This document shows, piece by piece, positions 28,040 through 42,034 of a stretch of DNA of 64,000 nucleotides. The translations under genes and the position numbers were made by a program. Source of the DNA: Toensbergia leucococca. Its lineage: Eukaryota. Each line of letters begins with the position of its first letter. Position 1 is the stretch's first letter. The stretch is from the NCBI GenBank assembly GCA_022813965.1, contig JALDZS010000007.1, forward strand, positions 1-64,000. Direction: 5' to 3'. Below the pieces are notes generated by a model that saw only the letters and a program-made list of their open reading frames with translations, searched no databases and had not been told where the DNA came from.

Positions 28040-31000
28040 GATGGTGTGGGTGATATAGAGCTGCCTCGATCAGAACGTAGAACTGTGTACAGTCCAGATC
28101 CAAACAAATGTGGACCTAGTACGAGCAAAGACAGGATCGGGAGGCCGGGTCACTGATTGACCTCGTCTGGTATATCACAAGCAGACACGAAGTTTAAGAA
28201 GAGTGAGAAGTTCCAATGCACAGATGATAGTCCCAAAGAAAGAAAGATTGAGAGTGACAGTGCAATAGAAAAAAGCGAAAGTGCGGGGACACCTCAGAGC
28301 CTTGAAATCGGAAAACGAAAGTAGAGAAAATCGAGTGGGAATAGGCGCGGCGTTATCAAAATACTGGGAAACTGAGTTGAAACCAGGCATCGGGTGGGAA
28401 CATGGCGATAGCTGAGATGCCATGGCTAAAGACTAGACCCTGATCTCCCTGCCCAAAGGGGATTGACTAATGGTTTTGGGCTTCACCTAAGTCCCAAAAC
28501 AGCATATCGGCTATCAGAGCTTTCCAGGCTACCCAGAAAGAGACACGGGAATTGACATCCCTGACGATCACCTCCGTCCACGGAGTAGGGCCCGTCAGGA
28601 TCACAACGAAACATATAACGTGTAATCCGTGTGACAATAAGAAATAGAGGCTTTCTTGAGCTGTGTTCAATGGCGTGGAACACGGACGTTGCCATGATCT
28701 GCACTTTTCAAGATGAGTACTTCTAGGCAAGAATGGGTACGAGCAAGCAATACAAGAGAACTTGGCATGATTCAAGATCAAAGACAGGCTGCATCTGGGG
28801 CTTGAGACACCTAGATTGGTACCAGATCTGGAAATACAACTCATCTCCTCCCGAAAGTCTCGACGTCAACGAGCAACAATAGTAAGGATGGATATGCGTG
28901 GATCCATGCAAGAGCCGCCGGGGTTGTTGGAAGGTTGCAGAAGTCGAACAAGTGGCCAAGTGCCATGTCACTTCCAATAGGACAAAAACTCTAGCGCGAG
29001 AAGATAAATTGGACCGCTTTGGGTATATTGCCTTGTAGCTAACCCTGAACAAGGACCTGACGTTGAGGATGAGCTACTAGCGCGAAATGGCGCACTAGCT
29101 ACCGACGCCAGGCGGCAAATCAATCCAGCCAGCAGCCACCTCCGACACTTGGACTTTCTGAAATTACCTTAGTTACCCGGTGATTCATTAACAGCACCGT
29201 GGGTATTCGACGGTACGCTGACAGCTTGCTCATCTGCGAAAGCCGTTCTTCACGACTGAAGTCCTCTTCTGCAGTACGATCAATCAACGTGTGCCTCGAA
29301 GCGCGGCTTACAATCTCAAAAATCATCCGAAGACAATACATTTAGTCATCCTTGAACCTTGAAATTGCGTCGATCAATTTACGGAAATTAAGCCGTCCGA
29401 GTCTGAACAGGGTACACGTATTCCTAGCGACTGCTTTAGAAGTATTGCCCACTGCAGCATAGGCCATAGGGACGGATACGATAGACTTTACTAGGGGTGG
29501 GAGCACTCTTTGGCTTTGGGCCTGAGTGCTTTCTATCTGGTGGGTGACCATCTAGTCAGTCCTTGTTTCTCTTGCGCGTAGGTATTTGTATTCCCGCAGT
29601 TTCACAAATGAGTCTGTGTATCCAGTAGCCAGGTCTGGAGGCTCGGATGTCCATGCAGATATGCCTGCTTGATCACCTGCGCAGTGCATGCATGCACAAG
29701 TCTTTGGTAACCAGCAGGAGTTTGGAGAATCAAGCTGGGCGTACTCCGTACTTCAGTATGCATCATCGACCTAGCATCATGATTGGCGATGCTTGTACTC
29801 GTACCCCTGGAATTTGATAATATGCCAGCCCAAAGAAGCGACCGTCTAGTGTATTAATATCTACCTAGCTTTCGTCTCAGTCAGCCACTGCCAATCTGCC
29901 ACCGCCACGTTGTTCATTCTATTTAGGTTTCTTTTCTAGAAGTCTTTAGATATTGGGCTTGTGGCACCAGTGGGAATAAATCTACTTTTCGTGCTTTAAT
30001 TAAATGCTTGACTTCGAATGCACCTCGTTATCGTTCGTTTGCAGCTTTCAGTTTCTAATTTGTTAATTGATTATTTCTGCATTACAGCTTGGTCTCACCA
30101 TTCGCGTATTCCGCCGGGGCAGCCTATATTACATTACGATGTGTCCAAAAACTCATGCTTCGAGCTCTGCATGAACTTCCTGCCCTCCGAAGTTCAAGGC
30201 ATTGATCATTATGGCTAACACTTGAGGAGCAGAATCTGTTACGCACATGATCATTACCAACGTTATGTGCCAAGATTCTCCACGGTGGTGACGGTGCTTT
30301 TTATTGACATCGCGTAGCTGGTCACAGCAGACCAGCAGACCTACATAAGCATAGAAAATACCAATCACAGCTGGTTTGAGAGGGGTCGAGAGGTAAGCAC
30401 TTGTCCATCTCAGAAGCTGTTAGGCATCATGACATGTCTCTACGTGTAGGTGAATTTTATTGGTGGCACTCAATCTCACTTTAGTGTATCCTCTTTTTCA
30501 TATCCTATTGTCTCTATAATCCTTTGGGATAAGCACTATGTTATGTAAACGCTGGATTAGCAATTTCCAGCATTTAGTTGGGCTTCCTCGTTAATGCTTT
30601 TTGCACCCCCCGGTGGTTTATTCGGAAAGAAGGCTCATAATCACTACCTACTTTATTGATCAGTCATTGAAAATTGTACGCCGAGGTCTTTTAATCTTGA
30701 TCACTCACTTCACACTTCTCTTATTCAGAGAATGAATACTCACTACTTCAGACCGTTCAAGCGTAGGTGTAACGTTCACAATCTGTGGTGTGTAATGCAT
30801 GACTTGAGCCTATCATGCATGCATTGAGGTGAACCCGTGGTGCTCACGACCTAGCTGACGGTCCCTCAGAAATTTCACCTCATTCTTAATTTTTCTTCCA
30901 TCTTTTCTTAGTTCTTTCAAAGCATCATGTACGTCTTACTTAATTTCTTGAACCATGCTCAAGACATTCTTCACTCTGTCCTCTGAATTCTTGATGCCAC

Positions 31001-31052
31001 AATCTACTTTGCACTGCAGGGTACTGGCGCTACTGTCAAGTTTGCTTTTGAC

Positions 31053-31886
31053 ATGGATTTTGTTACTGCTGATCTGAGAGCTGAGAAGGTAGTTGTTACA
31101 GGCCACGCCGATAAACATTAATAGTGCTGGGTAGACAAGCTTAAAGAAAACTGACAAACATATCAGCAATAATGATGATTTTAACAGCATGAACTTACAT
31201 TTTTCAGGCAGGTGAGGTTGGGTCTCCCGAATTACGGCTCTGTTTTCAAAGATGGTACGAGCCTGATATGGTGGTACTCGCCTTTCTGTATGTTTAGATT
31301 CCCAGTCTCAATGGATGAGGACCTTACTTACTCGCAACATGAATGCAAGGAATCTTGACGATTCTTGTATTTCTACAATTTTTGTAGTGGAACAGGCCGT
31401 AGAGACAACTTACGAGCGAGTTTGGGTTCATGAAGCTCACAGTAGGAAGATGAAATGTGGAAAGAAAGTGCTCGATTTGAGGTAAGCAAGCACATGCACA
31501 GGAACTTTTTGTGATCAAGTACAGTGCAACATATTTGCACAATCGTACATATTGTTACCCTGTTGTTCATCTGTCCGACCACATTGGCTGGCCTGGCTCC
31601 CCCTGACTGCATTTCTACATCTCTTAACAACTTTCCTGAAATCATCTCTGTTGACGCCAGGTGTTTGAAAGAATACTGTGATGATCGGAGACAGACGTGG
31701 GTGGCTTGTTTCGGGTTAGTTAAGGGGGACTCTGGGCGGAAAAGGGGTAACTTATTGGAGGAAGAGGAAGAGGGCGAAGAGTGGGGAAGAAGGGACAGGG
31801 AGATGAGGCGGAAGAGATCGAGAGGAGCTTGGGGCACTGGATGGGCTTCTGTAGTGGTGGTGAGGCTTGAGGCAGTCGTATGGTAG
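31053..31886 (+). CDS. Tentative orphan gene, about 143 aa. Exons 31053-31088, 31212-31287, 31388-31481, 31661-31886
   Basis: Three GT-AG intron-like segments (GTAGTT, GTATGT, GTAAGC donors) join into one stop-free frame MDFVTADLRAEK-VRLGLPNYG...LDLR-CLKEYCDD...VVW*. No family recognised. Confidence 0.3.
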
Positions 31887-32044
31887 GAGTAACACAAGCT
31901 TTCATGGAGTATCTACAGGTGCAGCATCACTCTTCGACGGAGCAAAACAAAACACGCCTACACATATATATCCTGACAGCGCCAAGCATCACAACTCCCA
32001 ACGACAAAAAACTCCAGACAAGGCAAACCACTGAGTAAAAAGCA

Positions 32045-33768
32045 TCACTTTTTAACCTTTTTTGTTTTCTTTCCCTCCGCCTCCCCATTCACCTCACCAC
32101 GCTTCCGCTTACTCTTCCCACTCACTACACCATTTATCCCCTCTTTCTTTCCCTTCTTCTTCTCCTTCTTGTCCTTCTGCTTTTCCTGCTTTTGCACAGC
32201 CCGCGGCGCCACATCCGCCATCTCTGCATCGCTGTCCGCGCCCGCGGTCGGATCCTCAACGTCGATATCGGCAAGGACTGAGCTCATTGCGTTTTGCTGA
32301 AACGTTGTTGTCAGCAATTAGGAGACTTCAGATAATATGGGTGTAAGGGGGAATTGGGAAATATTTCAACTCACCATGGCCAGCTCGTTCTTCGTAGGCG
32401 CGAGGCCCGAATCGTAGAACCTCAACCTCTCCTCCACCTGTTTCTTCAAAGCGTCGCCGAATCGGGTTGTTGGCGCTTCCGAAAAGTTGTCGATGCGGGA
32501 CGCGATAGAGCATTTGTTGGCAAGGAAGCGTGATATTCTGCCTTTGTTCTTTTGGCCGGCCCGGCCGATGAAGGAGGAGTGGTAGATCAGGCCGTATTTG
32601 GGCGTGTTGCCCTTTGTCTTCAATGCTCTGAATAGTGCCTTCTCGGCCCCTAGGATTTGCACTGTCGAAGCGGGATATTTGCATAGGCTTGTTAGACTTC
32701 CAGCGTGTGATATTAGGCGTGCTCCAACGACTTCTCCAATCAGCGCTGCGAGGTTGGGAGCTACGATGCCCATTTTGGAGACTAGATAGCTGTGTAATGA
32801 TTTTCGGTAGTTTGCTAGGCTGACAACTCTTCTCGCAAAGGTCGTTACGTTTTCCATGTCGTTCTCGGAGAGGTCTTGGCCCATGCTGACTCTGGCGGCA
32901 TCTATGATACTTTGCGCGATATCCTGATCGTCGTTCACCTGCTGGGCCAGTTCGTTCAGATCGTTGTCAGACAGCCTCTTCTTGTCGCCAATGTAGAGGG
33001 CCAATCGTGCATACTGTTGATTTTCGGAAACGATTCTAATAAGCTCTGGAAAGTGCCATGAGTACCACTCCCTGACTCTCATCGAGAACGTGTTGATGGC
33101 CTTATCTAGATGATCCAATGTTGCAATGGCTTGGATAATGTGATTATCGTTTTTCTGCACGCTGAACTTAACCCTCGCTCTTGAGTAGGCGTGACCCAGA
33201 CCGAGTTGCGCTCGCTCGACATCACCCTCTTGTAATTGCTTCAAAAGTTTCGGCGCATGTTGCCGAATGCCACGAAGCATATCCTGAACTATCTCACTCG
33301 TATCGCCAGTCTCGCACTCGAGGCCTGGAAAGAGAGCCTTGATGCTTGAGGCAAGAGTCTTATCTGACACACCGAGAGTGACCTTGTTCTTCTTACCTGC
33401 CTTGGGCAGATTGACCTCTAACAGTGAACGAAGATATTCAGACGCAATGCCTTCGGAGACTTCATTGGCATTTTCTAGAGCTTGCGCTGCTCCTCTGCAC
33501 AAGCATCAGCGCTTGCAAATCACCCAAAGGTATACAAGGGCTTACTGGAAAGGTGCAAAGCTGACAAGTTTGACCATCTTCCCGAACTTTGCAAGATCCT
33601 AATTACAATCAATATATTTCTCGCGACAACTGCGCTCTGCCCCCCGGAATATACCTGGACTGAGTCTTGAACTTCCTTGAGACGGTTCCCAACAGTGTCC
33701 GCTTGGTGCACGACCCTGAAAATTGCATAGCCCACAGAGGACTCATGCAGAAGGTAGTCAACAGACAT
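32045..33768 (-). CDS. nop56: Box C/D snoRNP protein Nop56. Exons 33768-33655, 33598-33546, 33494-32375, 32296-32045
   Basis: [77 protein letters not shown] and a Lys-rich tail. Confidence 0.95.
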
Positions 33769-34201
33769 GTTGCCTTCGTAGATTTGCAAACTTTTGGAGA
33801 GTATTTAGGATTTCAACTATTTCTCCACCGCCTTGCGACTGCCCACAATTGATCGATTGGGTCGACTGCCTCGACCAGTTCGAAGCAAATGTAGTGTGAG
33901 TCCTACCAGTTCACTGACTATTCCCTTCTGCTCTCTGTGGTATGGGCTCACTGTAAATTTGCGGAGCCGTTTGTTCATCCATAAAATCTTCAAAATTGGT
34001 GGTGCTCGGATTAGTCTCGATTGGAGCTAGCCTGACATCCCTATGAGGCTAAACTACCAACCGCGCAGCCGCGTACCCAAAAAAAGCGTACGCGATCTTG
34101 TTGAAGCACACATAGATCTGAAAAGTGAGTGAAAGTTTTGCAACGTTGACCAGGCCAACAAATCTCTTGCGATTATCTATGACATAGTCGAAAACATCAT
34201 C

Positions 34202-36296
34202 ATGTCAGCTGCGCAGCTACTGAACCCAAAGGCCGAGTCAAGGGTAAGAGCTATAGGAAGTTATAGAAAAGCACCTTCTAATAATTACAGAGGCGTGGGG
34301 AAGCTCTAAGTGTCAACATATCTGCTGGGGAAGGCCTTCAAGATGTTCTTAAATCAAATCTGGGTCCCCTGGGAACTATCAAAATGTGTGTATACTTTAA
34401 CTGTCTCAGAGACTAACACTAATTGATTGGTTCTAGGCTGGTTGATGGAGCTGGCTCAGTATGTGTTTACTTTCAATAGTCAAACACCTTGGACATGTTG
34501 AGGCTTACGACATGTCTAGATCAAACTGACCAAGGACGGAAATGTACTGCTAAGGGAGATGGTGAGCCTCTTACGTCGGACCAACCGTGCGCAAAACTGA
34601 TGAGAGACTAGCAAATACAAAATCCAACCGCTGTACGTTCAATATCGCGGGCATTCTCACATGTTTACTGACAAGGGAAGGTCATGATCGCGCGAGCAGC
34701 AACCGCACAAGATGATATTACTGGGGATGGAACAACATCCGTGGTTCTCATGGTTGGAGAGCTATTGAAGCAGGCAAATAGGTACATATCGGAAGGCTTG
34801 CACCCACGAATCATCACCGACGGTTACGAAACTGCAAAGTCAGAGACCCTAAAGGTATATACTCGAGACAAACTGGTAAATCCATTGCTGATGCTCTGCG
34901 GGAATAGTTCCTCGATTCGTTCAAACTTCAAAGAGAGGTTGATCGTGAACTTCTTCTCTCCGTTGCACGAACATCACTTTCCACTAAGTTGAATGGTACT
35001 CTTGCCGAGAAACTCACTCCCGCAATTGTGGATGCGGTGCTAGCAATTTACCATCCTCCAGCAAAGCCCGACCTCCACATGATCGAAATTATGAAGATGC
35101 AACATCGTACTGCTTCTGATACGTCGCTCATCAAAGGATTAGCGCTAGACCACGGAGCAAGACATCCTGATATGGCCAAACGAGTGGAGAATGCATTTAT
35201 CTTGACCTTAAACGTAAGTCTCGAGTACGAAAAGTCAGAAGTAAACTCGGGCTTTTATTACTCGAGCGCGGAGCAACGAGACAAATTAGTAGAAAGCGAG
35301 AGAAGATTTGTAGATGACAAACTCCGTAAGATTGTTGAGCTAAAGAAGGAGGTGTGTGGTAATGATCCGAAAAAGGGGTTCGTTATTATCAACCAAAAGG
35401 GCATTGACCCTTTAAGTCTTGATGTCTTGGTGAAGAACGGAATCTTCGCATTGCGAAGAGCGAAGAGAAGAAATATGGAGAGGTTACAGCTTGTCTGTGG
35501 CGGAACAGCGCAAAACAGTGTGGACGACCTAAGTCCAGACGTCCTGGGTTGGGCTGGTTTAGTGTATGAACATCAACTAGGGGAAGAAAAGTATACATTT
35601 ATTGTAAGTCTTTCTGCATAGTGGTAAAGAGGAAAAAATGCTCACAACTGGAAGGAGGATGTTAAAGATCCCAAGTCAGTTACATTACTAATCAAAGGCC
35701 CGAATGCCCATACAATAACTCAAATCACTGATGCTGTCCGTGACGGCCTACGAAGCGTTTACAACATGATTGTCGACAAGAGCGTCGTACCAGGGGCAGG
35801 AGCCTTTCAAATAGCATGCGCTGCACATCTGTCGAGTGAAGCATTCCGGAAGCAAGTGAAGGGCAAGGCGAAATATGGTGTTTCAGCCTTTGCGGAAGCT
35901 CTACTAATAATACCAAAAACGCTAGCAGCGAACGCAGGTCACGATATTCAGGATAGCTGTAGGTTCCACCAGAAAATCGGCATTAGGCAGAGCTGACATG
36001 ACACTCGATAGTGGCAAACCTCCAAGATGAGCAGGCCGAAGGTAACGTTGTCGGGCTTGACCTGGCAACGGGTAGAGAAATGGATCCAATTCAGATGGGC
36101 GTGTATGATTCTTTCAGAGTACTACGGAATTGCATTGCATCTAGCGCCGGCATAGCTTCCAACTTACTCCTGTGTGACGAGCTCCTAAAGGCAAGGCAGA
36201 TGGTATGTTCAATCCATGATTCGACCGAGAATCGAGAAGACTGACGTTGTTCAGGGACGGCAACAGGGTCCCGGACCTGGCGAAGACGAGGGCTAA
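34202..36296 (+). CDS. cct6: Chaperonin CCT/TRiC subunit zeta. Exons 34202-34243, 34291-34385, 34437-34458, 34520-34561, 34612-34632, 34681-34854, 34908-35603, 35655-35958, 36012-36202, 36255-36296
   Basis: [51 protein letters not shown] and [13 protein letters not shown]. All nine introns restore the frame. Confidence 0.95.
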
Positions 36297-36881
36297 TCTC
36301 AGTGGATGTGCCGCTTGCAATAGCATAAAGGCGATGGTGTATTGTCGCTTAGATGCCTCTATATACAGCAGCGTCGAGTGAAATCCAGACTGTGTGACTG
36401 CACCCCTATACTTTCAGGGCGGAGTCTTCTGTAAAGAACGAGACGTTGGAAAACACGATGACAAGTAAAGTCAAGATGACCCAAACTCAAAGACTGTATA
36501 GAGGTATCACTGGACCATCAGCTGTTGATGTGAAACTGGCACAAGTACTCCCTATGAGTACTCGTACCAGCTGTAATCGTGTTGTAGTACTTACCTAATG
36601 AGGAAGCCTCGACCTTGGCCTTCCCGCCCGCCAAGATCTCGCCAAGACGGGGGGACGAGGGGGTGTCAGCAAGGAATGGATTTCAGGACTTTGTTTTATC
36701 GGAGAACCCAAACAGGCGCTTCATGAATGTGGTCGAAGTCTTTTCTTACTTCCCTTCTCCCCTTCATGTTTCTTCCCCTTCTCCTGTAGTCAAGCCTTAT
36801 CATCGTCGCATTACCTATCCGAATGCAGATGCAGGAACGGTGCATCTAGGCAATGAGCACGCGACCTAAATAGGCTCCGCG

Positions 36882-39800
36882 ATGTTTCGAATGCGCCGAT
36901 ATAGAGTATTTCTCGTCTTTGCCTTCTTTGTGCTCGCCAGTCTATATTACTTTACCAGCGTTCAAGATTGGGAGGGTGCATCAGCGGCCAGCATCGAGGG
37001 TCTGAAGAACGTCGGCCTCAAGGACAATACCCCCATTCCTGACCACGCCGTCGAACAAGCCCAAGCCGGCTCAAACAAGCATGCTCTGTCAATCACTTCG
37101 ACTTCAGCTGAGCCGGCAGTAGTCATTTCAAGTACTTCGGTTACTCAGAAAGTACAAGAGTTGACGTCTACGACTACTTCTTCATCTCCGGTCGGTAAAG
37201 CAAGCTCATCCGCTGGTGTGCAAGCCAACGGGAAGAATGCAGACCTCCCTATCAGTCTTACTGGGAATGAGAACTCCGTCGGAACCGCTGCAATTCCGGC
37301 TACGCCAGCGATAGAAAACACAGTTGCAGAACATGGGCAAGGAAGATTGGAAGTGATCGCCGACACAGAAAATAGGCCAAAGATCCACTGGAGCCAGCTA
37401 CCAGAGCACTTTCCCATACCCTCGGAGAGTATAATACAGTTGCCGACGGGAAAACCAAAGCCGATACCCAAAATTCAGCATCCATTTACCAAGGAATCTC
37501 CAAGCTCTACAATTGAGCGAGAGCGGAAGCTCACTGCAATAAAAAAGGAGTTTGAGCATTCATGGGCTGGATACAAGAAGTATGCATGGCTTCAGGACGA
37601 ACTGTCCCCTATAACCGGCAAATACCGTAATCCGTTTTGTGGGTGGGCTGCAACGTTGGTGGATTCTTTAGATTCGCTATGGATTTTGGGTATGAAGGAC
37701 GAATTCGACGAAGCTGCAAATGCAATCCGCAATATTGATTTCACGACGAGCATCAGAAACGACATTCCCCTTTTCGAGACCACTATTCGATATCTCGGAG
37801 GTCTCGTGGGTGCCTATGATATCAGCGGCGGTACTCATAGGGTGCTCTTAGACAAAGCTGTAGAGCTGGCTGAGGTGTTGATGGGAGCATTTGATACCCC
37901 GAATCGTATGCCTATGACATTTTACTACTGGAAACCGTAAGTTCCTAGGAGATAAATTTATTACTTCGCGACTAAATGATACTAGTACATTCGCATCACA
38001 ACCTCATCGAGCCAGTGCGAGAGTTGTTCTCGCGGAACTCGGCTCGCTGTCCATGGAATTCACTCGACTTGCACAGATCACAAAGGAAGCCAGGTACTAT
38101 GATGCCATCGCTCGTATCACAAATGAATTTGAGATCTGGCAGAACAACACCCAAATGCCTGGATTGTGGCCCAAGTCTGTGGATGCCTCCGGTTGCAAGA
38201 AACCTGACCAGGTCATGACTACCCAATCGCAGTATGCCATGCTCAACGGAATTGGGAACACAATGCCTCAAGGCTCCGAGGCATCTTACCCGGATAACAT
38301 GCCGGATAGCTTTGTCAGCAAATCTGAAGGTCATGTCATCCCAGTGACTGGCGAGACCGCTTTTCCTCCGGACCTTGAGTCTCAGATCCAAGAAAGTGCA
38401 GATAAGATGGCTACTACCAAGCTTGTGCCAGATCCTAATGCCCCTAACCAACTTCGGCCAGAAATAGGTAAGAGGCAGCTCGAAGATAGTGCACCATCGA
38501 CCAAGGGCGAGCTACACATCACGCCTGGCGAGCCAAGAAAACCTAGTTCCGAGAACTCGGATTGTGAGCCGCAAGGATTGGCTTCGCCACCTCATACCTT
38601 CGGCGAAGATTTCACTCTTGGAGGAATGGCAGATTCAGTATACGAATATTTGCCCAAGCAGTATATGCTGCTTGGTGGTCGAGAAGAACAGTACCGAAGT
38701 ATGTATGAAGCGGCCGTGGATACAACCAAAGAACACCTTTTGTTTCGACCAATGTTACCGGACGGGCGGAATATCTTGCTCTCTGGATCTGTGACCGTCA
38801 ACTCCCGACATACTGGGGATAGCCACATGATATTAAAACCAGAAGGAACGCATCTCACTTGTTTCGCTGGTGGTATGTTCGCGGTCGGCGCCAAGATCTT
38901 TGGTCGCACGGAGGATATAGATATTGCAGTTAAACTCACCGACGGGTGCATTTGGGCCTATGAAGCAACTCAGTCAGGCATTATGCCTGAGGGCTATCTG
39001 GCAATACCCTGCGATAGTCGTGATAGTTGCCCATGGAACCAAACCAAATGGTATCAACATCTCGACCCTTACCGAGACTCGCGAGAAAAGAGCCGGCTAT
39101 CACAGCAACAAAAAGCCATCCTCAAGGACGAGAAGAGTTTTGGCGCTGAGGGGGTTGTCATAGAAACGGAAGCCGAGCATGTAAATTCACTGCCTGCTAT
39201 AAAAACAAGCGATCCAACAGGAGCTGAAGTTTCCCATCCAACCAACGGGCCCCTTTCGAAAAGGCAGGTTGGTGAGATCGAGAATGAGGCACCCGGCTCT
39301 TCCGATCCGAAGCCAGCAAGTGAGATTGTTGGGACGTCGACTGGCGATGCTGTAGCAGGTGGAGAAAATCCTGCTAGCAACACTGACAAGGTTGCAAACC
39401 AAGAGGAGCATGCCAAAGATATCAAAGCGGTAACGGCCAATGTAGCAAAAGCTAACCGGACGAACGCACCTATTTACACCCCTCCACCGATCCCAACGCA
39501 TGAAGAGTTTGTGAAAGGTAAGCTTGAGAGAGAAAGATTGCCTGCGGGGATGACGGGTATTGACAGCCGGAAATACATTCTAAGGTATGGGGGACAATTC
39601 CAGAGACACGCAGACGTTTGTGTACTGAATGTAGCTATTTTCTAGGCCCGAGGCCATCGAATCGGTTTTCATCATGTATAGAGTCACTGGCGACGAATAT
39701 TGGCGACAAAAGGGGTGGAACATGTTTACTGCTATTCAAAATTATACCCATACAGCATTCGGTAGCACGGCGGTCCGAGATGTTACGAGCAGTGTCCCTG

Positions 39801-39991
39801 ACGGACTCGACGAAATGGAGTCTTTTTGGCTGGCGGAGACACTCAAGTATTTCTATCTGTTATTCAGCAAACCTGATGTTGTCAGTTTGGATGACTACGT
39901 GCTGTGAGTTTTCCTCCTTCTTAGACTCCTCAGAGACTTGCTGATCCACAATAGAAACACGGAAGCACATGCCTTCAAACGACCCAAATAG
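36882..39991 (+). CDS. GH47 class I alpha-1,2-mannosidase with type II membrane anchor and long insertions. Exons 36882-37936, 37986-39584, 39646-39903, 39955-39991
   Basis: [61 protein letters not shown] and LNTEAH. Confidence 0.93.
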
Positions 39992-40291
39992 GTGCAGCAT
40001 GGAAAGGAGTTTTTTGTACATAATATCTGTAGCGGGCATTCTTCAACGCACTCTCTGATGTAGCGTGGATGCGCTTTAATGAAGAAGAGTGAAAAACCAG
40101 ATGGCATATGGTTGTTGTAGACGAAAAATCGGACTCTTACTCGTAGAATCTCGCAGGCAAATGTGCTCGTGAAGGCCATGTGACGCTTCACTCGCCATCG
40201 TCATGGCTGCCAATCCAACCACGTTACAATTAGCCGTACTCGACAATGAAAATTCTTCTTTACGATGATCCCATGTATTACAATCTGAGCG

Positions 40292-42034
40292 ATGGAATTT
40301 GAAGTCTCATATAGCTTGGAAAATGAGGAGCAATTCTGGGACGGTGTGTAAGCCAACGCCAGCGATTGCACGCCACCTACATGCACTGACACTGGCTTTG
40401 AAGAGCTCGACGACATCGTCTCCACCAAATGCCAGTCCCACGCCCTGATTGATAATGCCCTGAGATCCTACCTGAGCTTTACATCTAATTACAAAGGTCA
40501 AGGCCCTAACCATTGATTGGCCATACCCAATTTTGGTAGCTGACGGATTGCTAGGAGAATACCTGCACACTGAATATGATATCGCGCGCTGCTCCTACAA
40601 ACTCCTGGAGTCTGCCCTATTTGCTCCCCACAAGGATTACATTCGCCGGCAGATCATCTACAGCCTTCTTCAGGTACGACGATTTCAATATACCGGGGAT
40701 TTATTGCTGATCAAGTCTGAATAGGAAGATGCCCCTGACACCCTCCATGTCTTAGTCTCGTTCCTTCTTTTTGATGGCCGGCAGAATGAGAAAACATTCG
40801 AAATGATGAATGTAGAGGGCGCTTTTCCAAGGCTGCTTGAGTTGATCCAGAGCAGGATAGACGACAATGCCGGCTTACATAGGATGTTGCTGGAGCTGCT
40901 TTACGAAATGTCACGAATACAACAATTACGAATAGAAGAGCTAAGTAAGATGCGTGTTCTCGAGGCACCGCTTGGTCGTCGCTGACAAGGACCGTAGTAA
41001 TAATTGACGATGCCTTTATTGAATACATGTTTCGGATTATTGAGGGCTTGTCCGACGATGTCAATGACCCTTACCATTATCCTGTCATACGAGTATTGGT
41101 GCGTATTGCTTCAAGATGCGATCTATGAGAACGCAGTTGACTCGTTGATGCAGCTCGTACTCAATGAACAATACATGGTATCCGCACACGATCCTAGACC
41201 AGATCAACCTTCCACCACGCCCTTGACAAATAAAGTCATTAAGATCATCTCTTCCCACGGCTCCGACTACAAAACCTTTGGCGAGAATATTATCCTCCTT
41301 CTCAACCGCGAAAGTAAGATTACATCCCCTTTCCCACAACCCCTTTCCCACATTCCCCTTCCAGAGTCAAGTCTCCCAAATGCACGACGCAAATTAAACA
41401 TTCCCCAGGCGAAACCTCCCTCCAGCTCCTAATTCTTAAACTCCTCTACCTCCTCTTCACCACCCCCCCAACCTACGAATACTTCTACACTAACGACCTC
41501 CGTGTCCTTGTCGACGTCATGATTCGCAACCTCCTCGACCTTCCACTCTCTTCCACCCCTCTCCGCCACACCTACCTCCGCGTGCTCTATCCTCTCCTAG
41601 CACACACCCAACTTAATGATCCCCCTCACTACAAACGTAACGAACTTCTCCGCCTCTTGACAATGATGACCAGCAGCGGTGGAGCCGCAGGCCACTTCGG
41701 CGCCGTCGACGAAACAACCAAGAGGCTAGTTGGCCGCTGCGTAAGAGTCCCCTGGCTCAAAGAGGAAGTAGGCGAGGGGCACGCCGCGAAAAAGTTGCTT
41801 GGTATTGGCGTCGTCGGCGCAATGGAGAGCTCTCTCAGCGTCCTGGAGGTTGCAGCCCACAAGGAGAAGCCTGGCGTGCAGACGCCGAGCCGAGGCAAAG
41901 AGGCTTTAAGCGAGAATCTGGACACGGGACTGAAGAATGGGAACGGGGCGAAGCTTGAACTCAACGGGGCGGCGATAGATGGGAAGGGTCAGGGCGAGGC
42001 GAAAAGCCCATTCGAGGTGGAGAGCGAGGCGTGA
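40292..42034 (+). CDS. ldb17: Ldb17/Dip1 (WISH/DIP/SPIN90 family) Arp2/3 activator. Exons 40292-40343, 40404-40496, 40555-40673, 40725-40944, 40998-41098, 41154-41313, 41409-42034
   Basis: [61 protein letters not shown] and [16 protein letters not shown] after splicing. Confidence 0.88.

Noticed and set aside
28040..30900. Short ORFs in the long region upstream of the GT2
   Set aside because: No recognisable motifs, consistent splice model, terminal repeats or transposase remnants.
31172..31266. ATGATGA...CTGA as a C/D snoRNA next to nop56
   Set aside because: No terminal stem or rRNA-complementary guide identified by eye; would need snoscan or Rfam.
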